This document shows, piece by piece, positions 1-14,303 of a stretch of DNA of 64,000 nt. The translations under genes and the position numbers were made by a program. How positions within the stretch are numbered: the stretch's first letter is position 1; the number at the start of each line of letters is the position of its first letter. This DNA is from a bacterium. GTDB taxonomy: Bacteria; Zhuqueibacterota; Zhuqueibacteria; Residuimicrobiales; Krinioviventaceae. Under the pieces are notes generated by a model that saw only the letters and a program-made list of their open reading frames with translations, was not told where the DNA came from and made no database searches. The DNA lies in contig OY843751.1 in the NCBI GenBank assembly GCA_963693055.1, forward strand, positions 1,952,001 to 2,016,000, written 5' to 3'.

Positions 1-27
1 TACCTGCCGATCTCTGGTAACGTATAG

Positions 28-99
28 AAACGGATGATGTATGGTAGGACCTTTGAGTGGATACCTCCGGGGAGGTCAATCCGCTCGCATCATCCGTTT
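28..99. repeat. Long nested stem-loop (REP-like or bidirectional terminator)
   Basis: Outer arms AAACGGATGATG (28-39) / CATCATCCGTTT (88-99); inner arms GAGTGGAT / ATCCGCTC; central ACCTCCGGGGAGGT; followed by a T-run. Confidence 0.7.
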
Positions 100-117
100 T
101 TTTTATGTTGTATGAGA

Positions 118-193
118 TTTTACAGCGTTCACAAAGGCCTGCATCTGTTCTGTCGTAACTCCCGGCGGCATTCCAACCGCACAGGAAAAAATG
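118..193 (-). repeat. Orphan duplicate of the 3' end of the UroD-family gene (direct repeat of 1301-1376)
   Basis: 76 bp with 7 mismatches versus 1301-1376; translates on the minus strand as IFSCAVGMPPGVTTEQMQAFVNAVK and continues SHTT-stop. Confidence 0.9.
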
Positions 194-340
194 TAATATT
201 TTTATGCTTGAATTTATAAATGTTCGTTAAGTGTTGTTGATTAGTTAATGAAATTGCTTTTGAATTAATAAATAATAGTTAGAAAATCTTTTGTTTCATT
301 GTATGTTTTTTGTTCAATCAAAAGAAAAGGGGATTTTAAA

Positions 341-1210
341 ATGAAAAAAGTTTTATTGATTGGAAATGATATAAATAATGTTTCTAATACAACATCATGG
401 GAGAATTTATTAAACAAAATTATAGAATTTAGTGGTAATGATATTGAAATTACACAGGATAAATCAAAACCTTTCCCATTGCTATACGAGGAAATATATT
501 TGAGAGCAAAACAAAAATCAAACAACATGGATGAATTAAAATTTAAAGAACATATTGCAAATATTGTATCTAATATTGAACCTAATGTAATACATAATGA
601 ATTACTTAAGCTTGATTGTCAAGATTTCATTACTACTAATTATGATTATGTCCTTCAAAAGTCTTTATTAAAAGGTAAATCAACAAAAAATATACAAAAT
701 GTTGGTATAATTAAAGAATCAAAATATAGTGTTTTTAGACATAATGTATTGAATGATAAGAATTTTTGGCATATTCATGGTGAAATAAATGTCCCGAATA
801 GCATTACTTTAGGTTTTGAGCATTATGGTGGTCAACTTCAACAATTTCGTAATTATACAGTAACTGGTACTTCTTATAAAAGTAAAGAAATTGAAACACT
901 TTATAATCAATTAAAAAATAATTCATTAAAATATCATTCATGGATTGATTACTTTTTTAAAGATGAAATACATATTATTGGTTTAAGGCTTGGTTATGAA
1001 GAAAGTGATTTATGGTGGTTGTTAACTATTAGAGCGAGATATATGTATGAAAAATTTAATGTTGAAAATAGAATTTTTTATTACTGTCCTGAAAATTATA
1101 AAGATAACGGGAAGCATGAAATAATGGAAGCAACAAATATTGAACCTGTTTACCTTGCAGGAGAAGGTTTAGAATTTTATGAAAATTTAATACAAAGGAT
1201 TAATAATTAG
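341..1210 (+). CDS. SIR2-like (SIR2_2) domain protein, putative NADase/defence effector
   Basis: N-terminal LLIGN strand, ITTNYD, HIHG and IGL...E.DLWWLL motifs typical of SIR2_2; very AT-rich; ATG at 341 after a purine-rich RBS (ORF track starts at 299). Confidence 0.75.
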   Translation: MKKVLLIGNDINNVSNTTSWENLLNKIIEFSGNDIEITQDKSKPFPLLYEEIYLRAKQKSNNMDELKFKEHIANIVSNIEPNVIHNELLKLDCQDFITTNYDYVLQKSLLKGKSTKNIQNVGIIKESKYSVFRHNVLNDKNFWHIHGEINVPNSITLGFEHYGGQLQQFRNYTVTGTSYKSKEIETLYNQLKNNSLKYHSWIDYFFKDEIHIIGLRLGYEESDLWWLLTIRARYMYEKFNVENRIFYYCPENYKDNGKHEIMEATNIEPVYLAGEGLEFYENLIQRINN

Positions 1211-1288
1211 ATAATTATTAATCCTTTGTTAATTCTATTAAACACTTAAATGCTATTTCCTATAATTATGAAATGAGTAATATTATTT

Positions 1289-2320
1289 TTAATTAAAAAC
1301 TTTTACAGCGTTCACAAATGCCTTCATTTGTTCTGTCGTAACTCCCGGCGGCATGCCACCTGCGCAGGAAAAAATGACCCTGGATTTGTCCTGAATTCCA
1401 TCCAATAGTTTTTTTGTTTCAGATTCAATGGTTTCCGGATCGGCAGATGCCAGTACATCCCGCGGCGGCAGGTTACCCAGCAGGGTTACTTTATTGTCAG
1501 TCAGTGTTTTAAGCTCTTCCAATGTCACATCTATTCCCATATTATAAAGATTGACGCCCATTTCCGGCAAAAAGGGAGCGGATACTTTGCACGGTGCGTC
1601 ATTGTGCAGGAATTTGACCGATACATCCTGATCGTACAGACGTTTGAAATAGGGAAGGCCAAATGATTTAAATTCGGGCTCACCCATAAACCCGATAATA
1701 TCATCCAATAACAAAATTCCGTCAATATCCGGAAAGGTTTCCCGTTGCAGATGGATCCATTTTTCAAGAAAATCGGTTATCTTTTGGACCAAGAGTTCTG
1801 CCTTGTCCGGCTGCATCATGAGCGTGGTAAGAAATTCTGTTGAACCCATCAAATAACTGGCAATGTTCAGAGGGCCTCTGGCTACCGCAAAACGGATTTT
1901 ATGTCCCGCATGCTCTATAGCCGGTTGTGCCAGTTTCAACCGGTTCAGCATAAAGGGAAGGAGTCCATCCGTTGCAGGATTAGGGACCTGAAGTTTGTCT
2001 ATGTCATCAGCAGATTGAATGACCTTGTGAGCGTGGGGAAATTCGTTTCCCGGGAAAACACATTTTGCCCCAAAAGCAGAGGGTTCGGTGCACATGCCAA
2101 ATTCCGACCAGAATCCCGGCAGGAACATAACATCAGGAAACTGCTGAATAACATGCAGATTTGCCTGCATCCAGAGAGTATCGTTACTGAAATAATCGAG
2201 AATAGAAATATCATACCAGTTTGGCAGCCAGGGACTGTCAATGATAAATCCTACCGGTAGTGGGTATGTTATATTGCCATGTATTGTTTGTAATAGTTCA
2301 TTCCATTGTTTATCGGTCAT
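1289..2320 (-). CDS. Uroporphyrinogen decarboxylase / MtaA-CmuA family TIM-barrel protein
   Basis: RGPLNIA, HND.PC, GNLPP and FSCAGGMPPG motifs. Confidence 0.85.
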   Translation of the reverse strand: MTDKQWNELLQTIHGNITYPLPVGFIIDSPWLPNWYDISILDYFSNDTLWMQANLHVIQQFPDVMFLPGFWSEFGMCTEPSAFGAKCVFPGNEFPHAHKVIQSADDIDKLQVPNPATDGLLPFMLNRLKLAQPAIEHAGHKIRFAVARGPLNIASYLMGSTEFLTTLMMQPDKAELLVQKITDFLEKWIHLQRETFPDIDGILLLDDIIGFMGEPEFKSFGLPYFKRLYDQDVSVKFLHNDAPCKVSAPFLPEMGVNLYNMGIDVTLEELKTLTDNKVTLLGNLPPRDVLASADPETIESETKKLLDGIQDKSRVIFSCAGGMPPGVTTEQMKAFVNAVKVFN

Positions 2321-2480
2321 TTTTCCCTCAATTTATTCTGTTTCAAAATTTTTATAATATCCGTAAATCTAACCAATTAATCAATCTTAAATTCAATGCT
2401 AACTGGAATTGTTGGATTCTTGATTGCATTTTTGACGATTTTTTGTAAATTATGAAAAATGCAAAATCTCCGGAGGAAAC

Positions 2481-4730
2481 ATGCGTTTTATAAAAAATTT
2501 GTTTTTAACAGTTTTATTTATTTTTTCTCTGGTTTCAGCACAATCCATGCTGAATAATTACAAGGATGCTCCAGAAACTTTGCCATATGTTCAATATCAT
2601 CTTACCGCCAGGCCCTGGAATGCGTTGAATATATCTACAGATGCCTATTTGGATGCTGTAGAAAAGATATGCAGGGTAGCGCAAACCTTTCAAAATAACG
2701 AGGGTGCTATTATTGACCCTTATCTGCATCGGGAACACCAGTATTCAACTCCTTATTATGCCATTGCGCTCAGTGTGCTCTTACACGAAGGTAGGGCAAT
2801 AGATATGAAAGAATCGGCCATCAAGGCAATGGACCATGCTACAAAGAGTTTTTCTCAAGGAGCGGATGGTATTCCTGATCGCCATGGCGAATTCTACATC
2901 GCCGCACTGGCAACCGCATTAGAAGCATTTAAGGGACATGTGCCGGATGAGAAATATAATATCTGGCATGATCACCTGCAAACTCCATTACTTGAGGTTA
3001 TTGAAGGTTATGGCTCTCACCTGAATAACTGGCGAACCTATGCCATGAAGGGGGAGTGGATGCGGGCCAAGGCAGGGTTAGCACCCAAAAAACAAATGTA
3101 TGATTTTATAGAGTATTCCTGGAACCATCAGTCCCAGTTTGAAAAGATTGTAATGGACAAGTGGAATCTGTACCAGGACTGGAGCAGTGATCCGCAATCT
3201 CTTGCAGTTGAAGCTGTAGGGCGCGGCAATCTGGTTGGATTGTTATGTAGCGGATATGATGGCGCATCTGCAAAAGAAATGATGGATGCCATCAAGCGCG
3301 GTACCCAAACAAGTCTGCTATTGATGAGCCCGGATGGGCAATGTCCCCCAAATGGTCGAACGGACGATCATGTGTTCAATGATGTTCTCTATCAACTCAT
3401 TTATGAAGCAATGGCTGAAACAGCCTTAAAAGATGGTGATACCCGATTGGCTGGTCAATACCGACGTGCCGCCATGATGTGTTTTGACAGCATCAAGCGC
3501 TGGAAACGCAGTGATGGCAAGTGGGCAGGTTCTTATACTATTACCAAAAACCATTTTGATGTAGCTGACCGTGTTGGATATCAACCTGCAAGCCAGTGGG
3601 GAAATTATAATGGTGCGTTAATTTTTCATCTGGCAGAAGCTGCTCATGCTCGTCAAAGTGATGTTGATGAAATGGCGACACCCTCCGAGATTGGTGGATA
3701 TGCGATTACCACGGATCCCCGTTTTGCCACATTCACTGCAAATGCAGGGGGTATGCAGGTTTTTATCAATACCCGTGGAAATGACGTTCCCAAGTATGAT
3801 ATCTATTGGGCACCCCTTGGTGGTGTACGGTTCAGCAGAGTTGGCTGGGACAGCCGTTTAGGTCCCTCTGACGGCATATTTCAAGTCTTTGGAAAAAAAG
3901 ACGGATCGCGGATCCCTACAGATATGAGCGCCATTCCCGGTGGCGCGGGCCAAGGTGTAACTTTTGGTCCGGCCTGGTTTACCAAAGGCAAGTGGTTTAC
4001 GGCAGCTGATCTACCGCAGCATTATCGGGCAACACCGGTAGTCGAGTTTGTTCATCCTCTTCTCGTCAGATTTACTTTGACATACAGCACAATAACCGGT
4101 CATGACGCGCTCATGTTCAGACAGCATTTTACAGTGACACCGGATGGTGTTCTGGTTAAAATACACGCTGTTCAGGATATCCCCAATGCCATGATGATCC
4201 CTGTTATTGAAAATGATGGTCGTCCTTTGGATGTACAAATCACACCGGAGATTATCAGTACCGCATATGACCGAAATGGTGATGAACAGAATTTTATAAA
4301 CCTTTCCAAATCTGTGGAATTGGATACCTCACGTGTTTCCTTACAAAGCACCTATGGCTGGTTAAAACCGGTAATAACCCTGACCCAAAAAGAAGAAAAT
4401 ATTTTGTTTGTGTATCCGCGCTCAGCAACTGATCCTGACGCTGTTAAAGTAAGAAACAGCTTTTCAGTTACAGACGATGGTTTCGAGTCAGAGCTTGGCA
4501 GAGTGGATGGTGACCTCTATATTGGACGCACTTCTGCCGGTGGTGTAGGTGATGCAATCGATTTGGATGATGATGGGAATAGTGATGTGAAATTCAGCGA
4601 ATCATGTGGTTTCGTTTTACAATTATCTAATGGTAAAGTCATTGGCGTTGAAACAGATAAATCGGTATCCATGCAGTATTCCGGTACCCGTTATGATCTC
4701 AAAGTTTTTGCGCCTTTGATATTGAACTGA
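2481..4730 (+). CDS. Secreted hypothetical protein (possibly an alpha/alpha-barrel carbohydrate-active enzyme)
   Basis: 749-aa ORF with GGAGG RBS and signal peptide; helical N-terminal half, beta-rich C-terminal half; no family recognised with certainty. Confidence 0.6.
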   Translation: MRFIKNLFLTVLFIFSLVSAQSMLNNYKDAPETLPYVQYHLTARPWNALNISTDAYLDAVEKICRVAQTFQNNEGAIIDPYLHREHQYSTPYYAIALSVLLHEGRAIDMKESAIKAMDHATKSFSQGADGIPDRHGEFYIAALATALEAFKGHVPDEKYNIWHDHLQTPLLEVIEGYGSHLNNWRTYAMKGEWMRAKAGLAPKKQMYDFIEYSWNHQSQFEKIVMDKWNLYQDWSSDPQSLAVEAVGRGNLVGLLCSGYDGASAKEMMDAIKRGTQTSLLLMSPDGQCPPNGRTDDHVFNDVLYQLIYEAMAETALKDGDTRLAGQYRRAAMMCFDSIKRWKRSDGKWAGSYTITKNHFDVADRVGYQPASQWGNYNGALIFHLAEAAHARQSDVDEMATPSEIGGYAITTDPRFATFTANAGGMQVFINTRGNDVPKYDIYWAPLGGVRFSRVGWDSRLGPSDGIFQVFGKKDGSRIPTDMSAIPGGAGQGVTFGPAWFTKGKWFTAADLPQHYRATPVVEFVHPLLVRFTLTYSTITGHDALMFRQHFTVTPDGVLVKIHAVQDIPNAMMIPVIENDGRPLDVQITPEIISTAYDRNGDEQNFINLSKSVELDTSRVSLQSTYGWLKPVITLTQKEENILFVYPRSATDPDAVKVRNSFSVTDDGFESELGRVDGDLYIGRTSAGGVGDAIDLDDDGNSDVKFSESCGFVLQLSNGKVIGVETDKSVSMQYSGTRYDLKVFAPLILN

Positions 4731-4744
4731 TATCCTATCATTAA

Positions 4745-6175
4745 CAGGACACCCCCGAAAAATCACAAATCATATTACTGTAAGTAATAAAAAATAATGG
4801 AGATAGAAGCAAAAAAAGCTTGTAAAAATAAAAAAAGGTTGCCTCATTATAGTTGACAGACCATAATATAGGAGGCAACCCATGGACATCACAAAACGAG
4901 TCCAAGTAAAACTTAATCAAGTGACAGCGAAATATCAAGCAGAATTCAACCGACCGGACTATAAATTTATCAGAGACATGCATTATGGGATACTTTGCTC
5001 CGGGCATGTACATTTAAATAAAATCGCATCAACCCTAAAGGAAGAGACGAGCCTAAAAAAGACAACAGAACGAATGTCTAGCCACTTGGGCCGCCCAGGA
5101 TTTGACAGAGAATTAACCATTAGTCATCTGAAAATAAACAAAAGAAGGTTTTCGGATTCGAAATACTTGATAGCAGATATGAGTGATATAATCAAGCCTT
5201 ATGCGGAAAAGATGGAAGGGCTTGATCGTGTTTATGATGGTAGTACCAAAGAACTAGGGAATGGATACTGGCAACTGAATATCATTGGAGTTGATAAAAC
5301 CGGTACATCCATCATGCCGCTGGTGAGTACGCTTTGGGCGACGGATCAGGAAGAAGGCAAAGGTATTTCAGAGAACAAGAAAATCCTCGAATCCGTGGAC
5401 ACGATTCGAGAACATATTCATGGAGAACAGATAGTTGTTTATGATCGCGGAGGTGATCGTAGCAAACTGATGAACAAATGGATTAAGCAAAAACAACACT
5501 TTATAATACGGCAAACCGGGTACCGGGATATATTTGTTCAAGGAGTAAAGAAGAATTTAAAGAAATATGCCGAAAAAATCCGTCCCAGTACTGAAATTAC
5601 CGTGCAGAAAAAACGCCGGAACAGGCTGATAAAGCGATGTTTTCAATGCGGTGCCCGTAAGGTATATCTGCCAAAGCAGTATGGGGATGGCCCAATGAAC
5701 ACCGGATTATGGCTGATTTCAGTCACTGAACCTGGCAAAGGCAAAAGCTGGTTTTTAAGCTTTATACCGGCAGAGACTGAACGTGAGGCCATAGAGATTA
5801 CCATGGAAGGCTATGGTTACCGGTGGAAAATTGAAGAGGTACATCGTCAAATAAAAAATGATTATCATCTTGAAGACATTTGCCTTAAAAGGTATGTTGC
5901 GCTAAAAAATTTTAATGCCCTGTTTTGGAATGTCATGAGTTTTATCTATTGTCATTTGGATAATATTTGTTTACATATTTTAGATCAATCTCAAGCTCCG
6001 TTGGTGTATAGAAGGAAATTAAACGAGTTTATTGGGTTTGTTTATTATAAACTGGCAAAGGCATTAAGGATCATTTTACCCAATATAAAGCTCAGAAAAT
6101 TAAAGTGTAATAATCATGCCGGTGACAAAAATCAATTATTTTTGGCCCTCGAATAAAAAAATCGGGGGTACCCTG
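4745..6175 (+). mobile_element. IS4-like insertion sequence (1431 bp) with 11-bp target-site duplication
   Basis: IRL CAGGACACCCCCGA; IRR reverse complement CAGGGTACCCCCGA; TSD CCTATCATTAA at 4734-4744 and 6176-6186. Confidence 0.9.
4882..6156 (+). CDS. DDE transposase (IS4-like)
   Basis: IADMSD, VYDRGGD and Y(2)R(3)E(6)K (YGYRWKIEEVHRQIK) signatures. Confidence 0.9.
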   Translation: MDITKRVQVKLNQVTAKYQAEFNRPDYKFIRDMHYGILCSGHVHLNKIASTLKEETSLKKTTERMSSHLGRPGFDRELTISHLKINKRRFSDSKYLIADMSDIIKPYAEKMEGLDRVYDGSTKELGNGYWQLNIIGVDKTGTSIMPLVSTLWATDQEEGKGISENKKILESVDTIREHIHGEQIVVYDRGGDRSKLMNKWIKQKQHFIIRQTGYRDIFVQGVKKNLKKYAEKIRPSTEITVQKKRRNRLIKRCFQCGARKVYLPKQYGDGPMNTGLWLISVTEPGKGKSWFLSFIPAETEREAIEITMEGYGYRWKIEEVHRQIKNDYHLEDICLKRYVALKNFNALFWNVMSFIYCHLDNICLHILDQSQAPLVYRRKLNEFIGFVYYKLAKALRIILPNIKLRKLKCNNHAGDKNQLFLALE

Positions 6176-6189
6176 CCTATCATTAACTG

Positions 6190-6218
6190 TTGCATTTGAA
6201 AATTTATATCCTTATATT
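6190..6218 (+). promoter_or_regulatory. Sigma70-type promoter of the tRNA
   Basis: TTGCAT-17 nt-TATATT, ending 12 nt before the tRNA. Confidence 0.65.
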
Positions 6219-6230
6219 TTCAGTTGCTAT

Positions 6231-6304
6231 GCGCCAGTAGCTCAATAGGATAGAGCGTTAGCCTCCGGAGCTAAAGGTTGTGGGTTCGATTCCCGCCTGG
6301 CGTA
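6231..6304 (+). tRNA. tRNA-Arg(CCG)
   Basis: Acceptor stem GCGCCAG/CTGGCGT, D-arm AGCTCAATAGGATAGAGC, anticodon arm TTAGC-CTCCGGA-GCTAA, T-loop GTTCGATTC; CCA not encoded. Confidence 0.95.
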
Positions 6305-6305
6305 C

Positions 6306-6338
6306 AAAAGGTCCCTGTATTATTCAGGGACCTTTTTT
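6306..6338 (+). terminator. Rho-independent terminator
   Basis: AAAAGGTCCCTG...CAGGGACCTTTTTTT hairpin plus T-tract. Confidence 0.85.
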
Positions 6339-6459
6339 TGTAGATATCAAAAATAATGTTGTTACATAATTATTTTAAATATACCTTTTTTATACGCAGC
6401 AAAAAAAACTTGAATTGAATTTTGGTATTGAGAAATTGAATTAGGATCCTGCTAAAAAG

Positions 6460-6489
6460 AAAATCCCAATCTAAATAGATTGGGATTTC
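6460..6489 (-). terminator. Terminator hairpin downstream of 6517-7071
   Basis: AAATCCCAATCTA-AA-TAGATTGGGATTT. Confidence 0.7.
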
Positions 6490-6516
6490 AAATTTAATGG
6501 CTTTTGTTGGGACTAT

Positions 6517-7071
6517 TTATTTAGTCGCAAAAGAATCGTGGAATAATTTATCAATTGCTTTTTTGCCATCATCATCCAGGTTGCGGGTTCCTGTTACTGC
6601 AATGGTTTTGTGGCAGATTTTGGGTTCATCAGTTATCCATTCGTTATTTTCCCAGGTAATCCATTCTCTGCGTTCAAGATCATAAACATGAATTGGACGA
6701 TTGAAAAGTTTTGCCAACTCTACACCCCAACCCGTACCACCACGAATTGTATTGTTTGATAGCAACCAGCCTACTGCAAACAGTTGATATCCATTGTTGA
6801 TTACATGAAAGATGGTCTGAAAAATTTTTTTCATTGTATCTGTTTGTGCAAAAGTACGTTCCATATGTTTATTCACGATAGCAAGACTAATATTACCGAG
6901 TGAAAGTTCTTCATCAGAAAGTATTTTCAATCCGCGTTCACGTACAATTTCATGATCTTTGAAATTAAACGTTACTTCATTCATTTTCCATTTCTCAGAA
7001 CAAATACCAAAATACTCTTCTGTTCCTTTATGACCAGAAGTGTAAACGGTACATTCAGTAGCTTTAAACAT
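6517..7071 (-). CDS. Conserved hypothetical protein, possibly SLOG-superfamily nucleotide-binding
   Basis: SGHKGTE, GGTGWGVELAK and AVTGTR glycine-rich motifs. Confidence 0.5.
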   Translation of the reverse strand: MFKATECTVYTSGHKGTEEYFGICSEKWKMNEVTFNFKDHEIVRERGLKILSDEELSLGNISLAIVNKHMERTFAQTDTMKKIFQTIFHVINNGYQLFAVGWLLSNNTIRGGTGWGVELAKLFNRPIHVYDLERREWITWENNEWITDEPKICHKTIAVTGTRNLDDDGKKAIDKLFHDSFATK

Positions 7072-7343
7072 AGATGCTCCTATTATATTAAATATTCAAG
7101 TAATGTAATATTTCCATCAATAAATTTGGTAATACCAGCAACAATTTAACAATGAATAATATTTATAGTTTGTGGAAATTTATCATATTTGTAAGACAAA
7201 TTCAATTATAAAGATAGAAATTTATAAAAAATTTCCGGTCTTTGTCTATAATTCTATTAAATCGTTTCAAGATATTGATTCTCTTGTTTGGATTTACTAT
7301 TTTAAATTGGTTGTTAATTTTGTGTTCAACATGCCATTAATAA

Positions 7344-8531
7344 ATGCTCCCTGAAAAAACCGACGGATTACTGTTAGTTGCAATATACCGTTTTTTCCAA
7401 CCGGAAAAGTTTATGATAAGATTATTGTGTATACCCGTTTTGATACTTTTTCTTTTTTATAACAATCCGCCCAAAGACCTGCCTCAAACAGTCACAGAAT
7501 CCCGGATGCAGGAATTCTATGAGCTGGTTAAAACACCGTATAAATATGGACTGATCCTGGTTCCGGACAGTATTGCCAATAAAATGGATTGTCCTACCGT
7601 ATTCAAACATGATGATCATTGGGGTATGACCTATATTGTTTTTGATTGTCGCGGTTATGAAACGTACCTTGCGCAAAGCGAGAATTTGATCCAGTGGGAG
7701 CTGCTGGGACCCATAATGCAGTTTTCTGACACAACCGACTGGGATGTGAACCAGAAAGCAGGTTATCCTGCACTCATCGATTATGAATGGGGCGGCAATT
7801 ATACGATTAACAATTTTGACAACAAATACTGGATGAGCTATTTTGGAGGAGATTCCAGAGGTTATGAAAGAGGATTGCTCTCTATTGGCATGGCATATAC
7901 GGAAAAGAACCCTGCACAACGGCATCAATGGAACAGGCTCAATAATCCGGTATTAATGTCAACCGATTCCGATGCGCGGTGGTGTAATAATTATACCATG
8001 TACAAAAGCTCGGTTATTGAGGACAATGAGCGCCTGACCGGACACCGGTTCGTCATGTATTACAGTGCTAAAGGTGACAGTCTGAATACTCAAAGTGGAG
8101 CTGAACGTATCAGCATGGCAGTTTCTGATGATATGGTCAATTGGAAAAGATTTGGGACTGAACCGTTGATTAATCACCATAAAGAGATTTGTGGGGATGT
8201 CGTGATTCAGAAAATTGATGCTCTGTATGTCATGTTTTATTTCGGAGCGTTCTGGCCAGATCACCAAGTCAAAGCTTTTAACCGGTTTGCCTGTTCGTAC
8301 GATCTTGTGCACTGGACCGAATGGAAAGGTCCACACTTCATTGAACCTTCTGAAAAGTTTGATAATCTTTTTGCTCATAAATCCTGTGTGATCAAGACTA
8401 TTGGTATTTTTTATCATTTTTACAACGCAGTTAATACACTCGGTAACCGGGGCATTGCGTTGGCAATGTCAACAGATTTAGGCAAGAGTAACCTGTCATT
8501 TAATTCTCGAGTAGAATCATATATAAAATAA
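7344..8531 (+). CDS. Five-bladed beta-propeller glycosidase (GH32/GH43/GH130-like)
   Basis: DCPTVF and repeated S.D...W blade motifs; the probable true start is ~7413 (MIRLLC, signal peptide). Confidence 0.75.
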   Translation: MLPEKTDGLLLVAIYRFFQPEKFMIRLLCIPVLILFLFYNNPPKDLPQTVTESRMQEFYELVKTPYKYGLILVPDSIANKMDCPTVFKHDDHWGMTYIVFDCRGYETYLAQSENLIQWELLGPIMQFSDTTDWDVNQKAGYPALIDYEWGGNYTINNFDNKYWMSYFGGDSRGYERGLLSIGMAYTEKNPAQRHQWNRLNNPVLMSTDSDARWCNNYTMYKSSVIEDNERLTGHRFVMYYSAKGDSLNTQSGAERISMAVSDDMVNWKRFGTEPLINHHKEICGDVVIQKIDALYVMFYFGAFWPDHQVKAFNRFACSYDLVHWTEWKGPHFIEPSEKFDNLFAHKSCVIKTIGIFYHFYNAVNTLGNRGIALAMSTDLGKSNLSFNSRVESYIK

Positions 8532-8558
8532 CGAGTTGTAATTAAGAGATGAATCACT

Positions 8559-14296
<5,738 letters not shown>

Positions 14297-14303
14297 CTAC
14301 GAG

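Noticed and set aside
34-219. 61-aa plus-strand ORF
   Set aside because: It spans a hairpin and the antisense of the duplicated gene end; no coding signal.
118-1376. Diversity-generating retroelement TR/VR pair
   Set aside because: The mismatches are not adenine-specific and are mostly synonymous, and no reverse transcriptase is present.
6231-6304. tRNA-Arg as a prophage or ICE attachment site
   Set aside because: I found no second copy of the tRNA 3' end and no integrase in the window.
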